A DNA stretch of 64,000 bases from Longimicrobiales bacterium (GTDB taxonomy: Bacteria > Gemmatimonadota > Gemmatimonadetes > Longimicrobiales > Gaopeijiaceae), in assembly GCA_965238005.1 (NCBI GenBank), contig OZ250165.1:1920001-1984000 (forward strand). Reading direction: 5' to 3'. Made by a program: the position numbers and the translations under genes. This document shows, in pieces, positions 51,726 through 62,198 of this stretch. How positions within the stretch are numbered: position 1 is the stretch's first letter; every line of letters starts with the position of its first letter. The notes beneath the pieces were generated by a model. That model made no database searches. It had not been told where the DNA came from and saw only the letters and a list, made by a program, of their open reading frames with translations.

Positions 51726-52153
51726 GCCATCCCCAACCGGCCCGGCCGCTTCTGCGCCTCAGCCAACTCGGCCCGAAGCTCTTGGATCTGGCGCTCGAGG
51801 TCGCGTTTCTCTACCGCAGCCTTGAAAGCATTCACGAGGTAGCCAATCTCGTGGGCGGTCCTAGCGTCGATTCTCCCACACGCCACCCCGTGTATGGCCC
51901 ATGAGCTCCACGTAACAGCGTCCTGGAGGGTACGGGGTGCCGTCGGCACATCGTCGGGGTCGGCGGTCTTCCTGTCCCGCTTGGCCACCGCCGACGCGAC
52001 GCCCCCGGCCTGTGTCACCCGCAAACGCTCCTCTGCTCTCGACGTATCGTGCATGAGACACCGACCTCCGTCGCCGAGGTTGAGCGTGGATCTGCACGGC
52101 GCTCCGGCTTTCGTCAGGCCACCGGCGTCACCGCATGTAGGCTTATCAGTCAT
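51722..52153 (-). CDS. Small Cys/His-containing protein, possible terminase small subunit analogue
   Basis: TCG..TKAGAPCR...GRCLMH; C-terminal coiled coil; ATGA overlap with the terminase. Confidence 0.55.
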   Translation of the reverse strand: MTDKPTCGDAGGLTKAGAPCRSTLNLGDGGRCLMHDTSRAEERLRVTQAGGVASAVAKRDRKTADPDDVPTAPRTLQDAVTWSSWAIHGVACGRIDARTAHEIGYLVNAFKAAVEKRDLERQIQELRAELAEAQKRPGRLGMA

Positions 52154-52870
52154 GATTGCCGCCCTGAGCCCACGGCTCGACCTGTGTGTTTCAGTGAAGT
52201 CCGCATAGGAGCGCCTCTCGCGCTCTTGGGGGCTTTTGGCGTGCACGGAGCTGGACGTCGGTGGAGGCGGCGGGAGGCGAAGCCGCGCGGACTTGGGCGA
52301 AGCCCGAGGACGCATCGCGGGGGCGAGCCGAGGAGCACGAGCGGTGTCGAAGACCCTCCCGCTGACCGACGAGACGATCGAGGATTCGCCGAAGGCGAAC
52401 CGCAGATCACTCCCGCCGCCTCCACTCATGTCGCAGGATGGTATTGGAAGAGTGTCGCATAACTAAGCGGCTTTTCGATATCGGGGTAATTCCGGAAATG
52501 CTATTCCGACCCCGATCCGCACAGACATCGGCCCGTGGCGCGGGGAGCGCGGCGGGCCGATTGTTTTCTCATCGTTGACAATCAAGCGTGCGCTCAGATA
52601 TTCGCAGTGCTCGAATGGGAAGAACGCATGCGTAGATGGGCGGAGGTGGGTGAGCGGGGGTGGACCCTCAAACCAGAGCGACGAAGGCATGGGGGTGTGC
52701 TCTCAGTCTGGCAGCGACTGATCGAATTCGAGGGCACCGCGCGAAGCGTGGTCGGGAATGGGTTCCGGTTCGGTGGGGTCGAACCCGCCGGTCTGATGGA
52801 ACTCGAAGATGCCCGACCACGCTTCGCAAGAAAGATGCTGTTCTATGATTTGTAACTTCCAACACGAGGC

Positions 52871-53842
52871 ATGCCAGTGACAACCGTACTCGAACTCGAT
52901 GAGATCAAGCGTCTACTCGACGTCCCACAGCTGATCCAGGAAATCGAGATTGGATTTGTTCTCTATTCCGACGGCAAGGTGAACGTCCCGCCGGTTGGAT
53001 TCTTGCACTTTGACGACCCTCCAGGCGACGTTCACATCAAGTACGGCTTCGTATCCGGTGGCGAATACTACGTCTTGAAGATGGCATCCGGATTCTACAA
53101 CAACCCCGAGCTCGACCTGCCGGTCGCCGATGGCGTAATCTTGGTTTTCAGTCAGAAGACCGGAGAGCTCAAGCTGATTCTATTGGACAAATGCTGGCTC
53201 ACCGATATGCGCACCGCTGCCGCGGGGGCGGTCGCAGCGAAGCACCTGGCGCCAAAAACTATCCATCACATCGGAATCGTCGGAACTGGCGTGCAGGCGA
53301 GGATGCAACTCGAAATGCTTCGCACTGTCGTCGACTGCGAGAGTTGCTTCATCTGGGGTAGGGATTCGACCAAAGTGCAAGGCATGCTCGACGATCTTCG
53401 AGCGAGCGAGAGCATTCAGGCTTGGGGATTGGATATCCAAGCGGCGGAGACACTAGATGACCTGGTTTCGCAGTGCAATCTCATCGTCACCGCGACCTCG
53501 GCCAAGAGTCCTTTGATCCGGGCCGATCAAGTGAGAAGGGGTACGCATATCACCGCGATGGGGTCCGACGATCTTGGCAAGCAGGAGCTCGAAGCCGAGC
53601 TCTTGGCGAAGGCGGATCTAGTGGTCGCGGACAGCATTTCACAATGTGGCCAATACGGCGAGTGCCTTCATGCGATTCAAGGAGGACTGATCGACGAAGG
53701 TTCCATTCTGGAATTGGGCCAGGTGATCAAGAACCCCGCGATTGGACGAACCAGCGAGGACCAGATCACGGTTGCGGATCTGACCGGCGTCGCGGTCCAA
53801 GACATTCAAATCGCCAAGATGGTCGACCGCGCTCGTCGGTAA
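52871..53842 (+). CDS. Ornithine cyclodeaminase / mu-crystallin family protein
   Basis: LTDMRTAAAG, GTGVQA, AMGSD, DLTGVAVQD. Confidence 0.9.
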   Translation: MPVTTVLELDEIKRLLDVPQLIQEIEIGFVLYSDGKVNVPPVGFLHFDDPPGDVHIKYGFVSGGEYYVLKMASGFYNNPELDLPVADGVILVFSQKTGELKLILLDKCWLTDMRTAAAGAVAAKHLAPKTIHHIGIVGTGVQARMQLEMLRTVVDCESCFIWGRDSTKVQGMLDDLRASESIQAWGLDIQAAETLDDLVSQCNLIVTATSAKSPLIRADQVRRGTHITAMGSDDLGKQELEAELLAKADLVVADSISQCGQYGECLHAIQGGLIDEGSILELGQVIKNPAIGRTSEDQITVADLTGVAVQDIQIAKMVDRARR

Positions 53843-53867
53843 GAACAGCACAAGCGAGGCGACACTC

Positions 53868-54845
53868 ATGATTACTGAAGTTCAGCAGCAGCTTGATATA
53901 CCCCAGTTGGTTCTGGAGGCCAGCAAGAGATGCAAGGACCACCTTTCGCCCACACCTCTCGAGTACTCCATGTATCTCAGCGAGCAGATCGATGGCGAAG
54001 TCTGGCTCAAGCTGGACTCGATGCAGCGAACCTCTTCATTCAAATTTCGTGGTGCGATCAATAAGATCCTCTCGCTCACGGAAGCAGAACTCGACCAGGG
54101 GGTGGTCTCGGCCTCGACAGGAAATTACGCCCTGGCGGTTGCCGAGGCCGTGAGAATCAGAGGACACCGCGCCACCATCTACGTGGCCGAGGACATGGAT
54201 CCATCACGCCTGGAACTGTTGAGGTCCCATGGGCTGGATCTGGTGATACATGGCGCCCTTGCGTGGGATGCGGAGAAGGAGGCCCGGCGCGTTGCGGAAG
54301 AAGACGACAAGATCTACGTGTCGCCCTACAACGATCCCATCGTAGTCGGCGGACAGGGGACGTGCGGGTACGAGATCTCCAGGCAACTTCCCGATCTGGA
54401 TGCGGGCTTCTTCGCTTGCGGAGCGGGGGGATTACTCACCGGATCGGCGGGCTGGCTGAAGTCCCACAACCCCGATGTAGAGGCCTTCGGAGTCTCACCG
54501 GAGAACTCTCCCGTGATGTACGAATCCATGCGAACCAACAAGATGGTCGAGATGGAGACTTACCCGACTCTGGCGGACACCTGCGCCGGCGGCGTGGATC
54601 TGGACAGCATCACTCTGGATCTTTGCCGACGATACGTGGATGAGATTCTGCTGCTCACCGAGACCGAGATCGAGGACTCCATCCGCACGCTGTTCGAGCA
54701 ACATCGTCTGGTGGTGGAGGGTTCAGGGGCGCTGGCCGTCGGGGGTCTCCTCAAGCGAAAAGAGCAATTCAAGGGCAAGAAGGTCGTCGCAGTCGTCTGC
54801 GGACGGAACATCGATCTGGAGGTCTTCAAACGAATCATTCGGTAG
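53868..54845 (+). CDS. Threonine/serine dehydratase (PLP fold II)
   Basis: SFKFRGA, SASTGN, GQGT, GAGGL, EGSGA, CGRNID. Confidence 0.9.
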   Translation: MITEVQQQLDIPQLVLEASKRCKDHLSPTPLEYSMYLSEQIDGEVWLKLDSMQRTSSFKFRGAINKILSLTEAELDQGVVSASTGNYALAVAEAVRIRGHRATIYVAEDMDPSRLELLRSHGLDLVIHGALAWDAEKEARRVAEEDDKIYVSPYNDPIVVGGQGTCGYEISRQLPDLDAGFFACGAGGLLTGSAGWLKSHNPDVEAFGVSPENSPVMYESMRTNKMVEMETYPTLADTCAGGVDLDSITLDLCRRYVDEILLLTETEIEDSIRTLFEQHRLVVEGSGALAVGGLLKRKEQFKGKKVVAVVCGRNIDLEVFKRIIR

Positions 54846-55086
54846 GGAGGCTGTGGACGACGAGGCAGTGGTGCATGAATCCATTCCCAAAGCTTCCTCA
54901 GCCAACAAGTCCTTCCGATCTCGACTTGAAGTTCTTTGGCGGCGATTGGGCTAGCTGGACATGACGGTGAGATAGACAGACCGATATTCTCCTTATACTC
55001 TCCCGCTGCGAAGAGGGCTAAAGCGGTCCGAGCGGCTCGGGCGCGCCCCGTCCCTGCCATAATGGATAAAGGAGTATGATGGGAGG

Positions 55087-56454
55087 ATGACGAAAGACGA
55101 CTTAGCTCAAAAACGAACACAATGGGAATTTCTTATCCTCGGTTGCATGTTTATAGGCTACATGGGATTCATTCTCTCTAGGACAGCTCTCCCAGTTGCA
55201 AGCCCGGAAATGTTAAAAGATCCGACGCTCGGACTTGACGAAGCCAGCTACGGGGATATTGCAGCCTGGGGAATGGCGGGAATGATTACGGGAAAACTCC
55301 TTACCGGAGTGATCGCAGATTGGCTCGGTGGACGGAGAGTATTCTTAGTGGCTCTCTCTATCACAGCCCTGCTCACAGTTACCTTTAGCTGGGGCACCTC
55401 TGCTACCATCTTTGCCAGTATAAACTTCCTTTTGCTGTTCGCAATGGCAGCAAGCTGGCCCTCCATGGCAAGTATCATTTCGGTATGGTATCCCTCGACA
55501 AAATATGGAAGAGTGTGGGGAATGCTTTCAGTCAGTTCTCGTCTTGGTGCTTCCTTATCAATGATATTGTTGGGAACGCTGCTCACAGTGTTCTCCTGGC
55601 AAAATGTATTTCGTACTGCTGGAGTCGTGGGTCTTTCCGTAGTAGCATGTATCTCTTTCTATCTAAGAGCGAACCCAAAGGATGTTGGGCTTCCAGCTTT
55701 AGAGGATCAAGTCGCGCCAGAAGGTTCTGATAGACAAGATGAACCAAATACTGAACAGAAGGCACCTCACTTTCTAGACGACAAGAATCCAGCCGAAGCA
55801 CTATGGGCTTTCGCAGGAAGCGGACGTTTCTGGCTAATATGCTCGAGTCTTATGTGTACGACCATATTAATGGACTTTATCCTTTTTCTGCCGCTTTATC
55901 TTACTTCTTTTGAAGGAGTATCGTCTGCTCAGGCCGGTTCTTGGGCCTCCGCATTTCCAATCGGATGTTTGGTTGCCTTGGTTGGGGCAGGATTCATGTA
56001 TGACAGCGTCTCACGAAAGGGAAGAGTCGGTCTCTTGGGTGGACTATTGGGAGCTACCTGCGTTTGCGTTGCAGCACTGTGGAGTTTGAAGGGACTGCCG
56101 ATGATTCCGGATTCTTTCAAATTTCCGCTTGCGATTATAATCCTGTTCTTTTACGGATTCACACTTGCTCCAGCATACTATCTGCCAGCGAGTGTCTTTT
56201 CTAATGAATTTGGTGGAAAACACTGCGCTCTCTTAGTAGGGCTGGTAGATGTTGCTGCCTACTCCGCTTCAATGCTATATCTCATTGCAGGGGGTAGAAT
56301 GGTTATGAATTGGGGTTGGCAGAGTATGATTCAGTTATTCTTGGTGATAGCTGTATTGGCAACCCTGATTACAATCTGGTTCGCCTTCGAAGATTACAGA
56401 CGTTTCGTACCAACCGTCGGGGAAGGTCAGCGTCTAAGTTTCGTTAGCACCTGA
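55087..56454 (+). CDS. MFS transporter (GlpT/UhpT-like), visibly lower GC than its surroundings
   Basis: About 12 TM helices, GVIADWLGGRR motif A, WYP...GRVWG. Confidence 0.85.
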   Translation: MTKDDLAQKRTQWEFLILGCMFIGYMGFILSRTALPVASPEMLKDPTLGLDEASYGDIAAWGMAGMITGKLLTGVIADWLGGRRVFLVALSITALLTVTFSWGTSATIFASINFLLLFAMAASWPSMASIISVWYPSTKYGRVWGMLSVSSRLGASLSMILLGTLLTVFSWQNVFRTAGVVGLSVVACISFYLRANPKDVGLPALEDQVAPEGSDRQDEPNTEQKAPHFLDDKNPAEALWAFAGSGRFWLICSSLMCTTILMDFILFLPLYLTSFEGVSSAQAGSWASAFPIGCLVALVGAGFMYDSVSRKGRVGLLGGLLGATCVCVAALWSLKGLPMIPDSFKFPLAIIILFFYGFTLAPAYYLPASVFSNEFGGKHCALLVGLVDVAAYSASMLYLIAGGRMVMNWGWQSMIQLFLVIAVLATLITIWFAFEDYRRFVPTVGEGQRLSFVST

Positions 56455-56525
56455 ACGCGTCCAGGGGAGCCGATGCTTGGCTTCCCACCCCTCATTCGGA
56501 CTTCCCGGTGGGAACCGACGCAAAC

Positions 56526-57284
56526 TCAATGGCCAGCAGTCGAGCCACCATCAATCGGTAACGCGGCACCAGTAACGAAACGTGCCGCGAATGAAGCCAG
56601 ATAGAGGACCGCCTGGCTGATCTCGGCTGGCGTTGCAATGCGCTTCAGCGGTGCATAGTCGATCATCCTCTGCTCTGCGGCGGCTGGGTCGTCTTTCTTG
56701 TCGATATGGTCGCGGCGGATCATGTCGGTATCGACATAACCCGGGCATACGCAATTGACCCGTACGTCCGGCGCTACTTCCAACGCCATGGCCCGGGTCA
56801 TGTTTACGACCCCACCCTTTGAAGCGCAGTATACGGTGATCCCTGGCACCCCTATCAGCCCGGCATCCGAGGCGATGTTGACGATGTTGCCATCGGATTT
56901 GCGCAACGCAGGTAACGCCGCACGACAACAGAAGAATGTGCCTTTCAGATTGACGTCGACGTGAGCGTCCCACATCGCCTCGTCAGAATCTTCAATGGGT
57001 CTACCAGCACCGACACCGGCGCTGTTCACCAGGATGTCGAGGCCGCCGAAGGCGTCGATCGCAGTCTCTACCACTGACTCGCAGCCGGGAACCGTTCCAA
57101 TATCGCCGGGCGCCGCGACCACGTGCTCACCACCGCCCAGTCTATCGATGGCGGCGCTCACGGATTGCTCTGTTCTGCCGTTGAGGGCGACACGAGCGCC
57201 AGCGTCGACAAAGGCTTCTGCAATGGCAAAACCGATACCCCGACTGCTGCCCGTCACCAGGACCCGCTTGTCCGTGAAGTCCAT
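56526..57284 (-). CDS. SDR oxidoreductase
   Basis: TGSSRGIG, NSAG, YCASKGG, PGYVDT, IDGG. Confidence 0.92.
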   Translation of the reverse strand: MDFTDKRVLVTGSSRGIGFAIAEAFVDAGARVALNGRTEQSVSAAIDRLGGGEHVVAAPGDIGTVPGCESVVETAIDAFGGLDILVNSAGVGAGRPIEDSDEAMWDAHVDVNLKGTFFCCRAALPALRKSDGNIVNIASDAGLIGVPGITVYCASKGGVVNMTRAMALEVAPDVRVNCVCPGYVDTDMIRRDHIDKKDDPAAAEQRMIDYAPLKRIATPAEISQAVLYLASFAARFVTGAALPIDGGSTAGH

Positions 57285-57433
57285 GTCGTTCCCTCCGCTT
57301 CTATTGAATGACTCACTTGAACACTTCGCCAGCGCAGATCAGCGAACAGGCGACGGCGCGACCCTGGGCGGCCCCGTCAGCACCCTTCCCACCGCGCGTG
57401 GACCGGAGCGGGCCGCGGACTGGGGGCACCAGC

Positions 57434-58414
57434 TCAAGATGTACAGGTCGTGAGCTTCGCTGCGCCCACGCCGAACTCTACCGCTGTGCGGTCTGGGCTC
57501 ATCCGGGCGATGATGGCCATGATCAATGTGAGACCGACGAAGACTCCTTGCATCTCGACCAGATACCAGCGCCACTGGCTCAGCCCGTAGACAAGGAGGA
57601 CCATAGCGATGCCAACGGCGGCTAGGACCAGCTTGTGCGTGGTCGTCATCGGAGGATGGTCTACCCCGGCCTCTCCATCTCCGCCACTGGAGATCGACAC
57701 GCCTTCGGGCGCGCTCACGTCGGCCACCAGGCTCGCCGCCGGATCCCGCCCCACCTTCTTCGCATATGACCAGACGTGGTGAATGCCAATCGGCAGGAAG
57801 ACGACCATGAGCGCCACGCGGTACCAGAGCCCCGATGCGGGTTGGAGTCCTGCGATGTCCTGGGCGATAAGAACGGTGAAGGGGTTGATGAGGGCAGCGC
57901 CGTAACCAACGCCGTACCCAACCATGATGATCCCCACAGCCGTGATCCTGTCGTATCCAAGGGCGAGAGCCAGGGTGATGAGGACGGGTACGAAGGGAAA
58001 ATACTCTTCGCCGAATCCGATGGTGCTCGACCCAACAGCGAACAGGAGAGTTCCGCCGGCCACCAACCAGAAGGGTCGGTCCCCCCAGCGCCTGAGGAGG
58101 GCTCCCATACCGGCATCCACGGCCCCCGTGGCCCGAAGAACGGCGAATGCACCCCCTATGATGAAGACGAAGAAGATGATCTCGTGTGCTCCGCTGAAAC
58201 CCTTGGGAATGGCTGTCAGGCTGGCCGCAGGCGACAACGCCGGAGCATCCGGGGTGAAGTGGAAGCTGCCGGGCACCACCTGGAGTCGTCCGGCGGCATT
58301 CTCCACCCGCTCGAACGACCCGGCGGGAAGCAGGTATGAGAAGACCTGGGCCAGGATCACCATCCCGAAGAGGAGAACCAGAGTGTGTGGGACCTTGAAT
58401 CTGCCTTTCGTCAC
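57434..58414 (-). pseudogene. YfcC-family transporter, C-terminally truncated
   Basis: PHTLVLLF, PAGSFER, NPFTVLIAQ, SGLWYR; ends abruptly after GAAKLTT. Confidence 0.75.
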
Positions 58415-58498
58415 AATGGAATCTTTCTTCCCACACTTGCGGCCATCCTTTGACGGAACGGGCACGCAACCGTTCGCAGGGCGCTATGAACCGGAATG

Positions 58499-60511
58499 TC
58501 AGCCCTTCACGTATTTGTCGAACCAGGCGAGAAAGCGCTCGAGCAGGTCCTGGTGATAGATGGGCCGACGGATGCCGTGGTGTGCGTCGGGGTAGACCAC
58601 GAGCAGGGTCTCGCGGCCCAACCGCTTCATCGCCTGGTACATCTGCTCGGAGTTGATGATCGGGACGTTCCAGTCCTTCTCCCCTCCTATCCAGAGCGTT
58701 GGCGTGGTGATGTTCTGGACCTTGTTGAAAGGCGAAACACTCTCCCAGACCTCGCGGCTCTCCCAGGGCAGGCCGAGCTCCGCCTCGTACCAGTCCTGGT
58801 AGACGTCGTGGCCGTAGTTGGTGATCCACAGCCCGTTGCCGGCCCCGGAGACGGCGCCCGCGAAGCGATCCGTGGAGGTGATCACGTAGTTCGTGAGGAT
58901 GCCTCCGTACGACCAGCCGCCAATGCCGAGCCGTTCGGGGTCGGCGTAGCCCAGCTCCACGACGTGGTCGGTGGCGACGAGCACGTCCTCGGCGTCGTGG
59001 GTGCCCCAGGCGCCCCAGTTCGAGAGTGTGAAGTCGAGCCCCCTGCCTCCGGATCCTCGAACGTTCGGCATCACGACCACATAGCCGTTGGCCGCGAAGA
59101 GCTGCACCCGGAAGTTGAAACCATAGTCGTACTGCGCCTCCTGGCCGCCGTGAAGCCAGAGCAGGGTCGGGTAACGGAGATTCGGGTCGAAGGACGGCGG
59201 CTTGTAGACGAAGGCCTGGATCTGAGTTCCGTCAAGGGTGGGGAAGCGCTCCTCCTCCGCGTCCGCCAGCGCGATCGTCTTCAGCAGCTCCTGGTTGACG
59301 TGCGTGAGGCGGCGTAGCCCCGAGGAGGCGGAGGGCTCGGCATCGAGGACGAACAGCTCGGCCGGCAACCGGGGCTCGCTGACGAGGGCGACGACGGCGC
59401 CGTCGGGTGCCACCGTGGCCGCCTCCACCCGGCGTCGTCCGGCGATCGGCCGGCTCAGGCTGCCGCCGTCGACCGACACGGCGGCCAGATGGACCTGGCC
59501 CCAATCCTCGAGCAGGACGTAGACGCTGCCCCCGTCGGGCGCGAAATGCGGTTGGTAGACCTTCCGGTCGAGGGACTCCGTGAGAAGCACGGGCCCGTCC
59601 TCACCGACACGGATGAGCGCTAGTTTCGTCTGCAGGTAGCCCTGGGGGATCTCGGGCCGGGTCGTCGTGATGTAGGCGAGCCGCTCGCCGTCGGGGTGCC
59701 AGACTGGCCCGTCGTCAGACCCGGGGTTAGAGGTGACCCGGACCGGCTTCTGCCTGTCGTGGGGGATGTCGGGCTTCACCAGCCAGATGTCGCTGTTGTA
59801 GTTGGCGTCTGGCTCGTCGGTGCGGTTGCTGGTGAAGGCGATCAGGCTCCCATCCGGAGACCAGGCCGGACCGGAGTCCTCATAGTCCCCGGAGGTGATC
59901 TGCACGGTGGCCTTCGTCTCGACGTCAAAGACATAAAGATGGGCACGCAGACGATTCAGATAACCCACATAGTCTGCCTTGAACTGCAAGCGGTCGACCA
60001 CCCAGGGCCCTGGGCCCTCCTCCTGGCTCTGATCGCGGATCAGGAGCACGAGTCGTTTCCCGTCGGGCGACCACTCGTAGCCCTCGACTCCCTGCTTGAC
60101 ACTGGTGAGCTGAACGCGCTCCCCGCCGCGTAGGTCCAGGGTGAAGACCTGCGAGCCCTGGTCCCCGCTGCTCGCCATGAAGGTCAGGTACTCGCCGTCC
60201 GGGCTCCACCTGGGCCGCCCGGCGGAGCTGCCCTTGGCCGTCATGGGGAGGGCCTCGCCACCGGCGGTCGGGACCATCCATAGCCGCGTTTCGGAGCGGT
60301 CATTCTCGAGGTCTTTGGAAGCGACCGTGTAAGCGACCCAGGCGCCGTCTGGGCTGATGCGCGGGCCGCCCACGCTCTTCAGGGCGAAGTAGTCATCGAC
60401 CTGGAGATGACGGAGAGCGCCGGCATCCTGGGCCAAGGCCTGGGACCCCGCGTTCGCGTCTAGCAGCAGGAACGCGAGCAAAGTGAGCTTGATCAACGAA
60501 CGCGCTCTCAT
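58499..60511 (-). CDS. S9 family (acylaminoacyl/dipeptidyl) peptidase with TolB-like propeller
   Basis: WSPDG repeats, HGG, GWSYGG, GEKDWNVP, YPDAHH. Confidence 0.92.
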   Translation of the reverse strand: MRARSLIKLTLLAFLLLDANAGSQALAQDAGALRHLQVDDYFALKSVGGPRISPDGAWVAYTVASKDLENDRSETRLWMVPTAGGEALPMTAKGSSAGRPRWSPDGEYLTFMASSGDQGSQVFTLDLRGGERVQLTSVKQGVEGYEWSPDGKRLVLLIRDQSQEEGPGPWVVDRLQFKADYVGYLNRLRAHLYVFDVETKATVQITSGDYEDSGPAWSPDGSLIAFTSNRTDEPDANYNSDIWLVKPDIPHDRQKPVRVTSNPGSDDGPVWHPDGERLAYITTTRPEIPQGYLQTKLALIRVGEDGPVLLTESLDRKVYQPHFAPDGGSVYVLLEDWGQVHLAAVSVDGGSLSRPIAGRRRVEAATVAPDGAVVALVSEPRLPAELFVLDAEPSASSGLRRLTHVNQELLKTIALADAEEERFPTLDGTQIQAFVYKPPSFDPNLRYPTLLWLHGGQEAQYDYGFNFRVQLFAANGYVVVMPNVRGSGGRGLDFTLSNWGAWGTHDAEDVLVATDHVVELGYADPERLGIGGWSYGGILTNYVITSTDRFAGAVSGAGNGLWITNYGHDVYQDWYEAELGLPWESREVWESVSPFNKVQNITTPTLWIGGEKDWNVPIINSEQMYQAMKRLGRETLLVVYPDAHHGIRRPIYHQDLLERFLAWFDKYVKG

Positions 60512-60585
60512 GGCAACTGGCCTCTCTAGTTAGTGTGACGAGTCACGCCAGCACCTGCGGGGCCCTTGAATTGCCTATCCCTCCC

Positions 60586-61226
60586 TCAGGGGGACAGCAG
60601 AGGTTGAACCTCTTGCTCAATGACCTGGTTCAACCGGTTCCGTTGGACCTCGAAGCGTTCCGAGAGGTTCTCGAATACCGCGTACATCGATTCCGTGGGT
60701 CTGGCATCGGCCGCGCCGACAGCCCTTGAGAGCGAGCTCAGCTTTTCGGTCAACCCCGGGGGGCTCCACATCATGGGGTGAGCCTGGGACCCCATCCATA
60801 TCGTGAGAATGCCCTCGATCTCCCTCAACTGCTTTAGGATCCCGTCGGCCTCGACCCTAGAATTCTCTGGTAGCTCAGCCTGACGCCCGTCAACCTGGGC
60901 TCGGACTTCTCTGATCCTGATCACGGCGTCGGCCACTTCCGAAAACCGATCCCGGAGGTCAACCATGAGCTCGAACTGGGCCCTGAGATCGGCGTCGCTG
61001 GCCTTTACTCTCGGGTCTTTCCGAATCTCGAAAGGCTGCTCGTAAGCCTGTCCGCCCACAGAGAGTCGGACGATGTATCGTCCGGGAGGCGCAGTCGGCG
61101 ATGCGGGCGGTGAGTAATCGATGCTCAGGAAACCGTCCAATGCTCCAGGGGACGGGGGCATCTGGGTACCCGGATATCGCATGTCCCAGAAGAATCGGCT
61201 CATTCCTGCCCTGGTGGAGGGGCTAC
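60586..61226 (-). pseudogene. BNR/VPS10 hydrolase C-terminal part (inversion partner of 34130-36640)
   Basis: PSTRAGMSRFFWDMRYPG...PPGRYIVRL...KDPRV...QFEL; in frame with the N-part through shared GTAGC. Confidence 0.85.
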
Positions 61227-61241
61227 TTTAGCGCCCCCGGT

Positions 61242-61484
61242 TTCCAGGTGCTGCTGGCACTCTTCTACGGCGTCGAGGTGGCCTATACGGTCGCGTGGGG
61301 TCGTCTTGAGGCCCAGGGGCCGTACGCCGAGTTTATCGCCCGGTGGACCCATGAGGACTTCCAAGCCTACGTGCGTGTCTTGTCGAGGCTCGTGGACGAG
61401 CATCCCCATCCCCGTCAGCAAGCGATGTTCAACGAGGTGATGCGCCATGAGCGGGATTTTTGGCGCATGACTTGGGAAGGCTGA
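61242..61484 (+). pseudogene. tenA: TenA-family C-terminal half (partner of 36641-36960)
   Basis: FQVLLALFYGVEVAY...FIARWT...HERDFWRM; preceded by the IS IRL tip. Confidence 0.8.
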
Positions 61485-61491
61485 ACCGATC

Positions 61492-62132
61492 ATGGCGGCC
61501 GAACCGCTCCACAAGACGTTATGGCAGGGAAACCAGGCACTAGCCGAAGAATGTTTGGCCCATCCGTTCGTCCGCGGCTTGGGAGACGGTAGCTTGGATC
61601 CCGAGGTCTTCAAGCACTATCTGGCTCAGGACGCTTTCTTTCTGCAGGCCCTTTTCAGCGCCTACGCCCTGGGCGCCGTTCGAGCAGTGGAGAGACGGGA
61701 GGTCGTACAGAGGCTCCACGGGCTCATGCGCGGCGTACTGGATGAGCTGAAGCTCTCCACGAAGGCTACGCTAAGAGTCTTGCAATCGATTTGGGGAACG
61801 TCCGACCCCATCCGGCCACCCGCGCTTATACCGATTTCTTGCTTCGGACCGCGTGGACGGCCGAGGTCGGTGAGATTATGGCGGCGATGACCCCCTGCAT
61901 GCGCCTCTATGCATACTTAGGACAGGAGTTGGCCCGAGAGGATCACTCCCAGAACCCCTATCGGGAGTGGATCGAGACCTACTCGAGCGAGGAGTTCGAG
62001 GCGCTGGCAGCCGAGCTCGAGTCGCTGCTCGACCAGCTAGCCGAGGGCACGCACACGGTCTCTCTGGCCTACCGTTACGCGATGCGCTGTGAGCTCGGCT
62101 TCTTCTCCGCCTCGCTTGACGAGGGGAGGTGA
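61492..62132 (+). CDS. tenA: TenA (thiaminase II, Cys type) with 2-nt insertion frameshift at ~61755
   Basis: HPFVRGL, YLAQDAFF, PCMRLY, NPYREWIETY. Confidence 0.8.
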
Positions 62133-62198
62133 ACGCTAACTCCATCGCATCGGTGAAATGTCTACGATGGCGCGGCAGCACTGCCCAAAGCTGCACCG

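Noticed and set aside
52160..52860. ORFs between the terminase pair and the cyclodeaminase
   Set aside because: No recognisable motifs or consistent coding signal.
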